DNA of 63,195 nucleotides, the filler included. It is 9 parts of 9 records of this genome, joined end to end, with 100 filler letters (N's around TTAATTAATTAA, not from the genome) between each part and the next. Parts side by side here need not be neighbours in the genome. Positions count along the whole stretch, not along the records: positions 44,405 to 47,729 come from SRR7504441_3429; positions 47,830 to 55,860 come from SRR7504441_3440; positions 55,961 to 59,860 come from SRR7504441_3446; 6 more parts are not named here. The stretch is one strand, 5' to 3'. Positions 44,305 through 56,501 of the stretch are shown here, piece after piece. The stretch's first letter is position 1; every line of letters starts with the position of its first letter. Made by a program: the position numbers and the translations under genes. The notes below the pieces were generated by a model. The model was not told the origin of the DNA. It saw only the letters and a program-made list of their open reading frames with translations, and did no database searches.

Positions 44305-44404
44305 NNNNNNNNNNNNNNNNNNNNNNNNNNNNNNNNNNNNNNNNNNNNTTAATTAATTAANNNNNNNNNNNNNNNNNNNNNNNNNNNNNNNNNNNNNNNN
44401 NNNN

Positions 44405-44866
44405 TATACAATCTCAAAGGATGAGCTGATTCCTGGTGCAGAGTACACTTTCGAGGTTGGGCCAATCAATGGGGACGCCTACGGGTCTCCCAGCCCACCC
44501 TCAGAACCTGTGGTGGCTGTGATGGCACGGGTCCTCCCGCCTGTGGTGGTTCCACAAACGATCCCTGGTGTGCCATTGGGCTCTCCGCAGGACCAACTTG
44601 TCGAACGCATCGAGGATACACCTATAGACCATAATGGGGCTGATGGCCATGTGGAGCAAGAGACTATGCTAGCCGCCATGTCACCTCAGGACAAAGCCGA
44701 CATGTTTCTTGCATTGCAACCAAACGACAGGGCTACAATGCTGAAAGAGATGTCGCCCAAGGACAAGGCGAGCATGTTTGCAGCAATGAATACCCATGGC
44801 GGTACCGCATCAGCTGGGAGACACGTGCCGAGCGGCCGCGGAGCCTCCAAATTTGATCCGCCCTGA
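44405..44866 (+). CDS. 3' end of a protein with a fibronectin type III domain and MgtE-N-like helical repeats (5'-partial)
   Basis: LIPGAEYTFEVGPING..GSPSPPS (FN3 end), followed by 12-aa repeats MSPQDKADMFLA / MSPKDKASMFAA. Confidence 0.6.
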   Translation, partial: YTISKDELIPGAEYTFEVGPINGDAYGSPSPPSEPVVAVMARVLPPVVVPQTIPGVPLGSPQDQLVERIEDTPIDHNGADGHVEQETMLAAMSPQDKADMFLALQPNDRATMLKEMSPKDKASMFAAMNTHGGTASAGRHVPSGRGASKFDPP

Positions 44867-45221
44867 TCGATCAAGACTATCATGATCATCCTAGTAATGA
44901 CCTTAGAATAGACCTTAGAAGACATAGAAGACATGCTAACGTACTTGTATAACGTGCACGCACAACCCGTATTAAGCCCGTATTATCGTTTAAACCATAA
45001 ATGACACCTTTCAATGATCAAGTTCCTCCACCTGGAGCACTATAAGAGCGCTCACTTTGTAATTATTGGGCACTAACGGCACATCATACGCATCATAACT
45101 TAATCATAACTATTCCGCCGGCTCCTGAATAGTCTAAACTACTATCATATACACTGAGACTTGTTTTTACATGGGAGCTGCACGCCTGCTGCTCGCGAAT
45201 GGCTGAGTATGCAGACCGTGC

Positions 45222-46919
45222 TTACAACGCCTGGACTTGGCCGGTCATGCCGTGAGGGTCGATCACATATTTCTTGGCGGCTCCAGCATCAAACTCAGAG
45301 TACCCCTTGGGTGCATCGTCCAGCGAGATCATCTGCACGTTCACTGCGTCGGCGATCTTGATCTGCCCACCGGGCTCATTTCGCTTTCAGCGGCCCTCGC
45401 GGCACCTTATCGTACAGAATCGCTTGCATCAGCTGGTGGTTGTACTTCATCACCGGGCACTGGCCAGTTGTCATCGACTGCGAGAGTGACCAGCCGAGTC
45501 CGATACAGACTTGCAGGTTGCCCAGCTGGGCTCCGGTGTCCTCGGCCCCAGGATCGGCGGTCACGTACAGCCCTGGGATCCCGATCTTGCCTCCCTCGCG
45601 CACCACGCTCATGCAATCATTAAGCACTTGTGCCGGCACTTCCTTGGCCGCCCCTTCACCCACACCGCGCGCCTCAAACCCAACGCAGTCCACTGCGCCA
45701 TCCACCCGGCCCTCGCCGCCGATCTGCCAGCCGCCAGTCAGGCAGGGCGCGATCATGGCGGGTCACGATAGCGTGGATCCGCTCCCTCAGAGTACCCTCC
45801 TCTCGGAGATCAATCGTCTCACAGCCAAAGGTGCGCGCCTGGGCGAGCCGCTCCGGGATCATGTCGCCCACGATCACGCAGGCGGCGCCGAGCAGGTGGC
45901 AGCTGGCGGCAGAAGCCAGCCCGACCTGCCCCTAGTGAGAGTCCAGCACCGGCCGCTCCGGCACCGGCCCAGCCCCTGCCACGTATACAATCGACCCCGG
46001 GCCGACCCCTGCAAGGCCCGGTGAGCAGCTGGGGGCGGGTGGCCTGACCGGCAGTAACGGCTCCGTGGAAGCCCGTCGGGAAGATGTCAGAGAGCAGCGT
46101 GAGGTCCGCAATCTTCTCCATAGCCTGCGCTTTATCCGGGAACTTGAGAAGGTTGAAGTCCGCGTACGGCACCATCACGTACTCGGCCTGGCCGCCGATC
46201 CAGCCGCCCATGTCCACGTAGCCGTACGCGGCGCCCGGCCTGGCGGGGTTGACATTCAAGCAGACGCCTGCCGAGCAGTGAGCGGTCGGCTGGTTGGGGC
46301 GGTGCCTGTGTCGCCGCGCTTGCAGGCGGCACAGCGGCCGCAAGCGATGTTGAACGGGACCGAGCAGATGTCCCCGCACTTGATGAACTCGCAGCCTGCC
46401 CGGCCGGTCAGGGCCGCCGGGCGAGGCTGGCAGACCGGGGCCGGTTTCGACCACTTCCCCGGTGATCTCGTGGCCGAGGACCATGTGCCCGCCGGGGAGC
46501 GACGTGCGGCCGCGGACCATATGCTGGTCGGAGCCGCAGATGTTGGTGGTCACCACCTTGAGGATGGCCCCGTGGTTGCAGTCGCGCTTCTGGCGCTCGG
46601 AGGTGACCGGCGAGGTGGTCGAGTCGAGCTCGAGCTTGGGGAACGGGATGCCCTTGACCTCGACGTGGTCGGGCCCCATGAAGATGACCCCCCGGTTCTC
46701 GGTCGGGTTGGCGGTGGACGAGAGGTTGCGCTCCTGGATGGGCTTGCCGCCGAACTTGCCCTTGCAGGAGGAGCAGGCGCATTGCTTGCCGTGTCCGGAG
46801 GCGAACAGGTTTTGGAGCGACTCCATCGGGGCCGTCCCGCTCACCAGGCCGCGCCGGGTGCCACGGGGCGCCCCGCGGGGCCGGCTCACATGGATGAACT
46901 TGGAGGAAGCAGCTCGCAT
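45222..46919 (-). CDS. fdhA: Glutathione-independent formaldehyde dehydrogenase (Zn-MDR), 6 introns
   Basis: TNICGSDQHMVRGRT, LGHEITGEV, SVPFNIACGRC, GAAYGYVDMGGWIGGQAEYVMVPYADFNLLKFPD, LSDIFPTG, GIPGLYVT.DPGA, TGQCPVMKY and KKYVIDPHG. Start may be 46826. Confidence 0.93.
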
Positions 46920-47051
46920 GTCTCTGCCGTCTGGTGCTCGCAACAGTCAGAGCGCGAGGGGACACGCGCACGTTTTTTTAACGGAAGTCTCTGGATTACA
47001 GGCGTGTTCCCCACCGCTCGAGCCCGGAGCACAGCTTGGCCTAGGCACAAA

Positions 47052-47729
47052 ATGCAGCCGCCGAGCTACACCAAGGCGGTGAAGGGCGAGTCCCTGCCTG
47101 ACGCACGGCTCAGCGAAGCCTGGTACGTCCCAGGTCTGCACCCGACGCTGGCCTGGCTGGCGCTGGCGTTCATCCCACTCGGGTTCTACTGTTGCACGCT
47201 CATCTGGCTCAACTGGTGGTTCTGGCTGGCCACCGCCCTGCCCGGGCTCCGCTGGCTCCGGACCGCCTGGTGGTCCGCCGACCGGGCGACCACCGCCCAG
47301 GTCGTCCAGAACGCCTGGGCCGCCTGCGACGCTCTCGAAGCCGAGCTTGGCCCGGCCGACCCCGCCGGGCGAGGGGGGCGGTACCCAGCGGTGAGCTGCT
47401 TCGGGGTGTCGTGGCGGTCGGGTCGGTACCTCGGGCACGGATACTACCTTCTCAAGCATCGGCTGTGGGACAAGGCCACCAACATATACGGCTACTCGCT
47501 GGCCGGGTTCATCACCACCATCCTGGCGATCGCCAGCGCCGAGCCCACCGAGGAGGCCCAGCTCGGCTGGCTCACCCGCGGCGCCGAGGCGTGGGTCGAG
47601 TTTGGCCGTGAGTTCGTCCCCAACTGCCTGCTGCCCTCCTCGATCCGGATGTTCAATCGGTGTGATCGACCAGCGGCTGGCTGCGCTCACCGCGGCGGTG
47701 CAGCATGCTAGATAAGTTCCAACAGAACA
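47052..47729 (+). CDS. Membrane protein with possible degenerate patatin-like domain, 3'-partial
   Basis: TM helix, then VSCFGVSWRSGRYLG...IYGYSLAG, loosely like the patatin Gly-rich and GxSxG motifs. Confidence 0.4.
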
Positions 47730-47829
47730 NNNNNNNNNNNNNNNNNNNNNNNNNNNNNNNNNNNNNNNNNNNNTTAATTAATTAANNNNNNNNNNNNNNN
47801 NNNNNNNNNNNNNNNNNNNNNNNNNNNNN

Positions 47830-48159
47830 TCCAACGTCACCGACATGCGCTGCATGTTCGGCTGCGCGATCAACTTCAACCATGATCTTAGCAACTGGGA
47901 TGTGTCTGCAGTCGTGGATATGGGAGGAATGTTCTTCCATGCAGACAGTTTTAACCAGGACCTTAGCAACTGGGATGTGTCTTCAGTCACTGAAATGAGA
48001 CAGATGTTTAGGGGGGCGATTAGCTTCAACCAAGACCTGACTGGCTGGAATGTATCTTCTGTCAGCGACATGGCGTACATGTTCGAGGGAGCGAGCAGCT
48101 TCGAGCCTGCTCACAAGCCGGCCTGTGCCCACAATCACCGAGAAATTCTTTACCGCTGA
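47830..48159 (+). CDS. BspA/DUF285-type 25-aa repeat protein, 5'-partial
   Basis: Repeats FNHDLSNWDVSAVVDMGGMF, FNQDLSNWDVSSVTEMRQMF and FNQDLTGWNVSSVSDMAYMF. Confidence 0.92.
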   Translation, partial: SNVTDMRCMFGCAINFNHDLSNWDVSAVVDMGGMFFHADSFNQDLSNWDVSSVTEMRQMFRGAISFNQDLTGWNVSSVSDMAYMFEGASSFEPAHKPACAHNHREILYR

Positions 48160-48650
48160 AGTGTACATGTGCACGTGCAAGTGGTTTATAGTATGAGTAT
48201 AGATACTGAGCGGTCTCGCACGACGCAATTTACTCGTACACTAAATCAATGCTACGATTCGATAACGTTCGATAATGGCTCGACAGGTTTCATAAAGATC
48301 ATATAAAGATTTTACGGTATGAGTAGAGGCTCTTTTCCGTCGCCATGGCGGCGCGGCTTCGGGAGATGGACTGATCACCGGCTGGCAGGTGGTGGCATTC
48401 GCGGGTAATTCGTTGGATCACATCCGGAGGGCACGCTGGCGCTGAGTGAGCTTGTCAAGAAGCCGGAAGGAGGGAAGATGGTAGTACGGGTCCTAAGCAG
48501 AGTATCGGACGAGGATGTTGCTGCGCGGGTGCGACCAGAGCAAAAGAGTAGAAGGAGGAGCAAAGGCTAGCCGGCCGCGGCACTGTACAGGCATGCAGAG
48601 ACGTTTCTCCATCGATTCCGTTATAACAGGAGCCCGAGCACCGGCAAGAC

Positions 48651-50328
48651 ATGCTCCTCCGACTCCTTGCCATCTTTGCTCTCGCCAGCGCGTACCCCGG
48701 CGCCCAGTGGATCCACCCGTCCGTTCACTTCGCCACGCACGTGGTCAGCGACGAGGGGGGCTGGCACGACATTGCCGGCGCCCTCACCCACGGAGGCGTC
48801 CACCACATCTTTCAAGGATGTGGGTGGAACCACGCAACCTCCACAGACCTGGTGCACTGGACCACCGCCCCGCACGGCCCAAAGGCGCTCCACGAGACCT
48901 ACGCCGGGATGGACAGTACCTCCGATCCATGCAGCGGGTTTATGACCAAGGACGACAAGGGGACCGTCTGCGCCGGCTTCCGGCAATGCGGCTCCAATAA
49001 GGGAGTGGCCGGGATGCCAAATAACTGGGACGTGCCTCTCGAGCTGCGCTGTGCCACCGACCAGTCATCCGCCCTAAGCAGCTTCACTGAGGACCCCAGC
49101 TCGGATTTGTACTCTTTCCTGTTCAACGTGAGCTTCTGGCGGGCTGTGCCTTACGATCCTGCCCGGCCGTGGCACGACAAGTCGACGGGGATGTGGTACC
49201 AGATGCTCTCCATGGACGCTTGCAACGCCACCACCGACCGGAACGTAGCAGGGCGGACCTGTCCGGCCGGTGGGCAGCTGGTGATGTGGCAGAGCCCAAC
49301 GCTGCGTGGCCCCGGAGCTGACTGGCAGCTGGTGGGACCAGTCTGGACCGACAACACCACCGTCTTGAAGGACGGGTTTTTGTCTCACGAGTTTGTTACT
49401 ATTGACATGCTCGGCACAATGCCAGGCTCGGCCGACAACTCGGAGTTTGTCTTCCTCAACAATGTAGCACGTAGCACGCGCCAACAGCTGACTGGGCGGA
49501 CAGGTGGGCGGCAACGGAGGCGGCGACGGCTGCTGCGCCGGCACCACCTCATACACCATGCTCAAGCAGCCTGGCGGCCCGGGGACTGCTTTCAAGAAGT
49601 TTGGTCCTGGCCAGCAGATGGTGGACTGGGGCTCTTTCAAGTTCAAGCCCAGCCCCGCTCCCGGTGCCACGGGTCTCGACCTGCTCACTGGCACCGGCTC
49701 CAGGGGGCTCTCGATGGCGCGCACGCTAGGGTCTGAGGAAGCCGACCAAGTCTCTCAGCCTGGCCGTCGAGTGTTAATAGGCTGGACTGGCCCCTCGCCG
49801 TGGCGGGACTTCGCTGCCAACGCTCAGTCGCTTCCACGAGAACTGTCGATCGATGCGAGCACGGGCCGGCTCCGGCAGCGCTTTGTGGCTGAGCTCGAGG
49901 GGCTCCGTGAGGGCGATGCCGTCAGTGATGCAGTGCAGGTGGGAATCCAGCCTGTGGAGCTGCTTGCTTCCTTCGGCAGCTCGTGCTCCACAGACAGCTG
50001 TGGCGTGTCCTTGCTGGGTGACGATGCCAGTGGCGAGGTGATGACGGTGAGCTTGGACCACGCCAAGGGGCTTGTAGTGGTCAATGCGACTGCTCTCGGG
50101 AATGCTGACGTGCGTGCTGGCCCTCTTCCTGCAGCAATGGAAGGAGCAGCAGCCTGGTCGGTCCATGCAATCGTGGATCGCTCGATTGTCGAACTGATCG
50201 TGAACAACGACACAGCCTTTGTTGTTTATGTGAGGCCAAGCAGCAATACCACCCAAGGCAAGGTCACAACCTTTGGGCAGGATTGCCAGCTCACCTCTTG
50301 GACGTTGAAGGATGCCAACCACAATTGA
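48651..50328 (+). CDS. Glycoside hydrolase family 32 (beta-fructosidase-like), secreted, 1 intron (49464-49503)
   Basis: WHDIAG (variant NDPNG), WNHATSTDLVHW, YDP, RRVLIGW, QSLPREL and VDRSIVELIVN. Confidence 0.85.
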
Positions 50329-50441
50329 AGTACAATTGAAGGCATAACATTCTCCATTAACTAGTTAGCTAGTCAGTCACCGAGCATTTATCTGGTCAAC
50401 TAAAATACGAAGCCATTACTTCGCTATCTCTATCGTTGTTA

Positions 50442-53400
50442 TTACATCGCTATGACTTTATTGTCCGGGTTCTCAGACTTGACATTGTCGTTTCCGACAC
50501 TAAGAGGCGCTCCGTCGTCGGCTTTCTCCCAAGTGAGTCTAGTGGTTTCATCTTTGGTTGAGAGCTCGCCATCGCCATCAGCATCAAAGAGCGGCAGCCT
50601 AGTCGCCTTGTCGAGCGTGATCATGTGCACCATCGTCGCGTCAGTTTGTCCAGGAAAGTCTATAGTCGATTCCATACAATGAAACTCCACCTGCAAACGC
50701 TGATAGTGTACATCTAACGTGACTCACCTCGATGCCGTTGGCAAGTGTGCCGTCTTCAGTGTAATGCTGCCGAGCCGAGGTTAGTAGCAATGGCAAGATG
50801 GGCAGCTGGCTCGATGTGAGCACCTGAGTAGTGCCGGTTTTGAGTGCTTTAAAGTGCGGTGCTATATCCCTGCGATAGGATTAGCAGCTGGGCTTGGCCA
50901 GGTCTATGCCTTTCGACGGCTGGGTGGCAGAGTTGCATGTTGTTGTTGTAGCCTATGAAAAGCTTGGGGCAGCCACCATACAGCGCAGCGAAGAGGCGGT
51001 TGCACCATAGGATTCTGTTGCCTGCGTAACATCATCACAACAACAAACTGCATCGAGAGACACCATTTTCTCTACAATATACTGGAATGGGCAAGTTGGC
51101 CAGGATTGTTGCTGGCAATACTAAGTCCTCTGCAGTCCCTACCTCCGAGGCCAGCGCGAGAGCCTGAGATGGTTGGATTCCCGAGTATTTAATCTCGGAG
51201 GTAACCTGAGAGACCAATTACAGCCCAACACAACCAGGGCATAGAGACCTCAGCATTGAAGATCCACTTATCGGATAGCCGTCTACCGTCCTGATCACAC
51301 AGCGTTTCCAAGCGTTTGATTATTATACTGAACATCTGCTTGACCTTCTCGTCCTTGGTTTCATCTTCTGCTTGATAGAAGAGGTCAAACCTGCAGCATA
51401 CGCGTAAGGTGTAGTCTTCAGAATAGGCATGGGGATTACATATCGAGCACAACACTGACAAACAGGTTCATAAGTATGAGTGCAAAGGTGATGTTGAAGG
51501 CAACAAAATAGTATCGGGTCCACTTGGTGTGCGTGCACAGAGTATACCCATCGACAGTCACTTGCCTGGACAACGCACAGAGTGAGTAGGCTTCTTCGCC
51601 GTTGTATGTACCAGTTATTCTGGATCATGAGTGTGTACAGTGTAACAAATGCTGCATAGAGATTATCGAAGTTCAGTTCGTAATAATAAGTTTCTTGACT
51701 AAATTGACCCTGCCAGTAGGTTTCCTGCCAATCGCCAGGTCCCTTGGGTGCGTCCTGTGTGACACAGCCTGCAAACATGCCCATCCCTGTAGAAAAACAC
51801 CCCCAAGTGTTCAGCGGCTAAGCTGCCATGCTGTCACCGAACGAGGCGAAGGCATAAAAAGTGCAGAGGATCAGCACCATCTGAGGATAAATCGCTGGAA
51901 TGCACTTCACCGCTCCGGATGCCACCCTATAAACCGCTTTGATCTCCAGCAAGATGACAGTGCACTTCAGTACGCGCATCAGCCCCATCCACGGCCCGAA
52001 ATCGAAGTCATGAAATGCGTCTCCGCATATTGCCACCACGTTCAGATAGGTCATGACAACAAAGGAAATGTCGAACAAGTGATCAACATTTCTCACTCGA
52101 AGCCGCCTCTTGACCCTACGATCGGACCACTTGGACCACTTGAGGGTCCACAGGTATTTCCACGGTTGCTGCCTAGTCTGATTCGCAAGGAAGTTGATCA
52201 CCACATCAAATGTTGAGGCAACCGCCACAAAAGTGGACCAGGCCGCATGCGAATCGCTACAAGATCTCCCGCGAAGATCGTCCAACGATGGTGGATCGTG
52301 GAAGGTGACAAAAGGGTAGAGCAGCACCGCAAAATTAAGCAACACAAACAGATTGTAATACGACAACGACGTAAGAATCCGACGACTGCACGGCCAATTC
52401 TTCATCTCATGCCCATCAGCTGCCCGCTTCCATCCAGCGCCTTGCCTTTCGGCGGGTGGATGTGAAGATAAGTCTGGTCCGTAGAACAGTGTGTAAGCAT
52501 TGGCCTGGCACACCTTTCGGGCCCACATATGGCGTGGTGGGTCGTCTTTGAACTGCACCTCGGCGTCTCGGCGCTTTAGCGGTGCTTGAAACACATGCGA
52601 GAACCTAACAAACTCCTCCAGATCCACGAGCTCCTCGCCGTCCTCTTCTGGCGACCTGAAAAATCTGTTGCTCGCCGTCGTCGTAAGTCTGTTGCGGTGC
52701 TTGACATTTAGCAGCTGCCACCAGAGCTCCTTGTGCTCCTCAGTCGGCGCCACCAAGTCTGTCACTCCGAAGAAGACTTCTTTGCTTATCCCGGGGTCTC
52801 GCTTCAGCTGTGAGAGCCGGGAGAGCCACTCCTCAGTTGTGATTGCATCATTAAAGCTATTTGGGAAGCGGATCATTTCAAAAACAGTCATGAGCAACAT
52901 GGACGACTGCTGGTCAGCTGCCTTGACTTCAGTTGCGACCAGAGCAGAGTAGGCAGAGTTGACCACTGCTAGCAGAATATTCAGCATGAATATCTGTGTA
53001 ACCAACATGAAAGATATCAGTATGAACATCCTATACGGATGTCCCCTGTACAGCGGCATCAAGACATCCGGGTGATTTGCGGTGGTTAGGGCCACGAATA
53101 AGTTAAACAGGCCGTCAGCATTCGAACTGAAGTAGGTCTCCCTGCAAGACAGTGTCGGGCGGCAAGGGCGCAGAGTAGGCACCTCTCTTGGATCGTGAAT
53201 TGATTAGTCGACGACGGGGGCAGTGCGACTTGTATCATGTAGTAGTGAAACAGGAAGCTCATCAGCACCAGACCACCCACACCAGCGACATGCCGAACCA
53301 TGTATAAAGCCGAAAGAAACGCCCTACGGCCCCGCCTGCTGAAGTAGAGTAGAAAATAGCATCGGGTAAACTGTGGGCAAGCTGTGAGTGAGTGCAAGGC

Positions 53401-54202
53401 GGCGGACTTCCACACACCCTGAAGTAAACATGCAGTCCACTAGAAACTTGGCCGTACCGGGTCTGCCTAGTGTAGTACTGCCAGCCACTCAGTCGGGCTT
53501 GTGGCTGCACACCAGGTTTTCAGTTGCCGTCGCCGCTGTGAGGTGCCCCAGCTCGGTGATCACCGACAGTGCGATCATCAGCCCGAAGGTTAGAATCCAC
53601 CACTGCTCAGTGGCTCGGTAGCTGTGCTGCCAAAACGACGCATCCGACCGGTCGGCAGCCGCGCACCACAGATGGGCCGAATGCCGGATGCAGAGCGCGT
53701 CCATCAGCCAGTGCGCTGTGAAGTAGGCAGTCACCACCCAGAAAAGCGTCCCGGTGAGCCAAACCGGCCTGTACTCCTGCCGGAGCAGCTGGTCGTTGCA
53801 AGGGTTCTGGAAGAGAGCCAGCAGCATGTGCGCCAGCGCCAGCCCGATGTTGAACCGGTGCATCCCCCGCGAGTTCCGCAGCGCCAGCAGCCGGAGCCCG
53901 CGCATGCTCTTGGACCAGATCGAGCCGTATTTGGCAGCCCCGCTCCGGTCGCAGTGCACCGCGTAGTACATGGCCGTGTCCTTGAAGCAGGCGTCCCGCA
54001 CCATCACCTGCGCCGCCAGCAGCTCCCGGGCGCTGCACTGCGCGGCCGCCGGCTCCAGCTCGATCGCCGGCAGGGGGTCAGCGTGGCTGCCCATCGTGGG
54101 CAGAGGGTTTGGCTGCTCCTCTGCCAGCTCCATCCCCCCGGGACCGGCAGTGCCCTCTATTACACTGGACTTCATACGACGCCCCACCCTTGCACCGCTC
54201 AT
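50442..54202 (-). CDS. Two-pore channel (TPC) with C-terminal PAS-like domain, multi-exon
   Basis: Pore 1 LFVALTTANHPDVLMP..FMLNILLAVV, EF-hand-like linker VDLEEF, pore 2 LNFDNLYAAFVTLYTLMIQNNW, S6 ILMNLFVSVVLD. Small introns link the frame through to TAA at 50442-50444. Confidence 0.88.
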
Positions 54203-54370
54203 CTAGAGACCGCCGCGACAGGCAGCAGCACAGTGCCCCAGCAGTTCAGAGCCTGGCCGGCGCAGCGTGCGCGGCGGCGCCTCCCGTCTGGCAGCGGAGC
54301 GGGCTTGAGTCGGAGCTCGATTGCCAACCGAACGGAAGCGGCCAAGCGGGTCGTCGGGAAGAGCCTCAGG

Positions 54371-55860
54371 ATGTACGCCTGGGTCAAGGGCAAAATCTGG
54401 GGCGGGGAGGGTGAGCCCCCGCCCGAGGGCGACAACAGCAGCGCCGCCGAGATGTCGGAGGAGGATGTCCGAAAGCGGTGCGCGCCCCCGCCGCCGCTGA
54501 CCAGCTGTGCCCCTAGGCGACTGGCGTACTTCGAGAGACAGCAGCAGGCCCGGAGCCCCCCGGCCGGCCCCGAAGACAGCCCCGAGCCTCCCACAGCGGA
54601 GCCCGAGCCGGCATCTGCAGCACCGGTTCAGGAGCCTTCACCCGAGCCTGCCGAGGATCCGGCCGCGTGCGCCCCGGCGCTCGGCTGCTCGCTGAACCAC
54701 TCGGGTGCAGGCCGGCGCCGAGCGCCCCAGAGGAGCCGCCCGCCCAGAGGAGCGACAGCACCCATCCTGTGGAGCCCGCGGATGAAGCGGCCCCGGAAGC
54801 GCCTCCCGCAGGGGCTGAACCTCCGGCCGAGGACAGCGAACCAGCCCAAGTGGAGGCGCCCAGTCCCGACCCGGCGCAGCCAGTGAGCGCAAGTGGTCGG
54901 ATGGCCGCGGGTATTCTGGGCGTGCCAGCGAGTCCCGAGTTGGATGTGGGATCGGTGGACGATAAGCTGATCGAGCTGCTGATGGAAAACCCATCACCGT
55001 TCGACTACTTGCTGCAGTGCTACTCCAGGCTGGAGGCTACTAAGGCTAAGCAAGCCGCGCCGGAGATGCTCGAGGCGATCGAGTCTGTCGCCAGACTAAT
55101 CGGTGGCTGCTCCAGCCGCCTGCTCTGACAAAGGGGGCAGCATCATACTGTGGGATTTGCATTGTCCTGCCCGATACCTTCCCCAACGTCAAGGCCGCGC
55201 TCGGGCCGGCCATGCTGGCGAATAAGCTGCGGGTGGGCATGGGTGAGGCTAGCTTCCCTGTGGGCCTGCTGGACAGCATGGTGACTGCCCAGGCTTGTCC
55301 GGTCGCGAGCTCAGTGAGCGCAGGTGGCCACTCTGGAGCCGGCAGATCAGACGCAGTTCGGCGAGCAGCTCTTGGGCCAGCTGATGCGGCACCAGACGCC
55401 CCAGAGCATCATGTCGAGCTTCATGACCGGGCTACGCGCGCTCGCCACGGTGCGATGGCGCGGCTGGGCAGGCTGAGCTGTTGGCAGGTCGCAGCCTCGC
55501 CTCTCTGTTCTGGGATGATGGTCGAGGTGCCCCAGTGGAAAGTCCCCGTGTGGGGCGCCCCGAACCTGGTACAGACGGTCACGCCGGTTGGCCGGTTGCT
55601 GAGTATTGGCACTATGGATGCCGACGTGGTAGCGACATACTTCTCGGAGCTGCAACGCACCACCCAACGGACACTCGACCAGAACATGGCTTCGCTCAGG
55701 CAGCAACTTGGCATGCTCCACACGCAATTGAGCAAGCTGTTCCTCTCGCTGCTGCGTAACCAGAGCTCGCGAGAGGCCACCATACAGTGGCTGGCTGCGG
55801 TGCTCAACCAGAACCAGCCCCGAGCTTCAGAAGCTGCAAAGATGAGCCTGCTCACCGGCC
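54371..55860 (+). CDS. Ubiquitin conjugation factor E4 (UBE4/Ufd2-like), 3'-partial, multi-exon
   Basis: EEDVRKR|RLA, PFDYLLQCYSRL, TPVGRLLSI and LLRNQSSREATIQWLAAVLNQN. Confidence 0.8.
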
Positions 55861-55960
55861 NNNNNNNNNNNNNNNNNNNNNNNNNNNNNNNNNNNNNNNN
55901 NNNNTTAATTAATTAANNNNNNNNNNNNNNNNNNNNNNNNNNNNNNNNNNNNNNNNNNNN

Positions 55961-56501
55961 TTGGAGGTCATCGGGATGTACAGCCCGTTCGCGCACACAT
56001 GCAGGTACTCCAGCCCGTCCAGCCCCTTGGTCACTTTGCCCGTCAGCCGTTCGTACTTCAATGGTCCGTCCTCCGCAGTCGTGGCTTCATACTCGGGCTT
56101 GTACCGCCATTTGACCCCCTGAGGCACCAATACCTGTCCGCATCCAGCTCGCGGCCGCCCCAGGGCCGGAGGGGCACCTCGTAAGTCTGTGCGGTTTCCT
56201 GCCCGGCAGTGTCCTGTGCCGCTTCCGCCTGCTCGGCCGGCTTGTGCCGTGGCTTCACCCCGGCCCGTGCGGGCGGCTGAGCTGCGACCTGCACCTGCGA
56301 CCCGGCCTGGAGGCCCTCTTGCGCCCGCTTGGCCGCGGCATCCCGATCAGCGTAGTACTGCAACTGCTCGCACTTGTCCCACCGCGCCGCCCCGGCCTCG
56401 GGGCCGTAGAACGCGATGAACTCGGCCAGGGTGAACGGGCCGGCCCCGTCGAGGTCCCGGCGCTGCTCCTCCTCCCCCATCCACACCACCCCACTCTCCA
56501 T
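55961..56501 (-). CDS. Hypothetical protein, 3'-partial
   Basis: ATG at 56501 with motif RRDLDGAGPFTLAEFIAFYG...W. One probable small intron near 56132-56179. Confidence 0.5.

Noticed and set aside
41181-46919. Apparent C1 gene cluster (DmdA-like gene ~2 kb from fdhA)
   Set aside because: The spacer at 44305-44404 separates them, so physical linkage is unsupported.
46065-47051. Long antisense or overlapping ORFs (e.g. the 5' part of 46065-47711, and 57785-59038, 35754-36692, 21081-22037)
   Set aside because: Shadow ORFs from high GC and codon bias opposite well-supported genes.
47830-48159. Mycoplasma-like DUF285 repeats as evidence of bacterial contamination
   Set aside because: The same contig carries intron-rich TPC and UBE4 genes, and such repeats are common in protists.
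48345-48570. Coding-like GC-rich patch with ATG and a possible GC-AG intron
   Set aside because: All splicing options I tried give only very short peptides with no convincing family match. At most a gene remnant.
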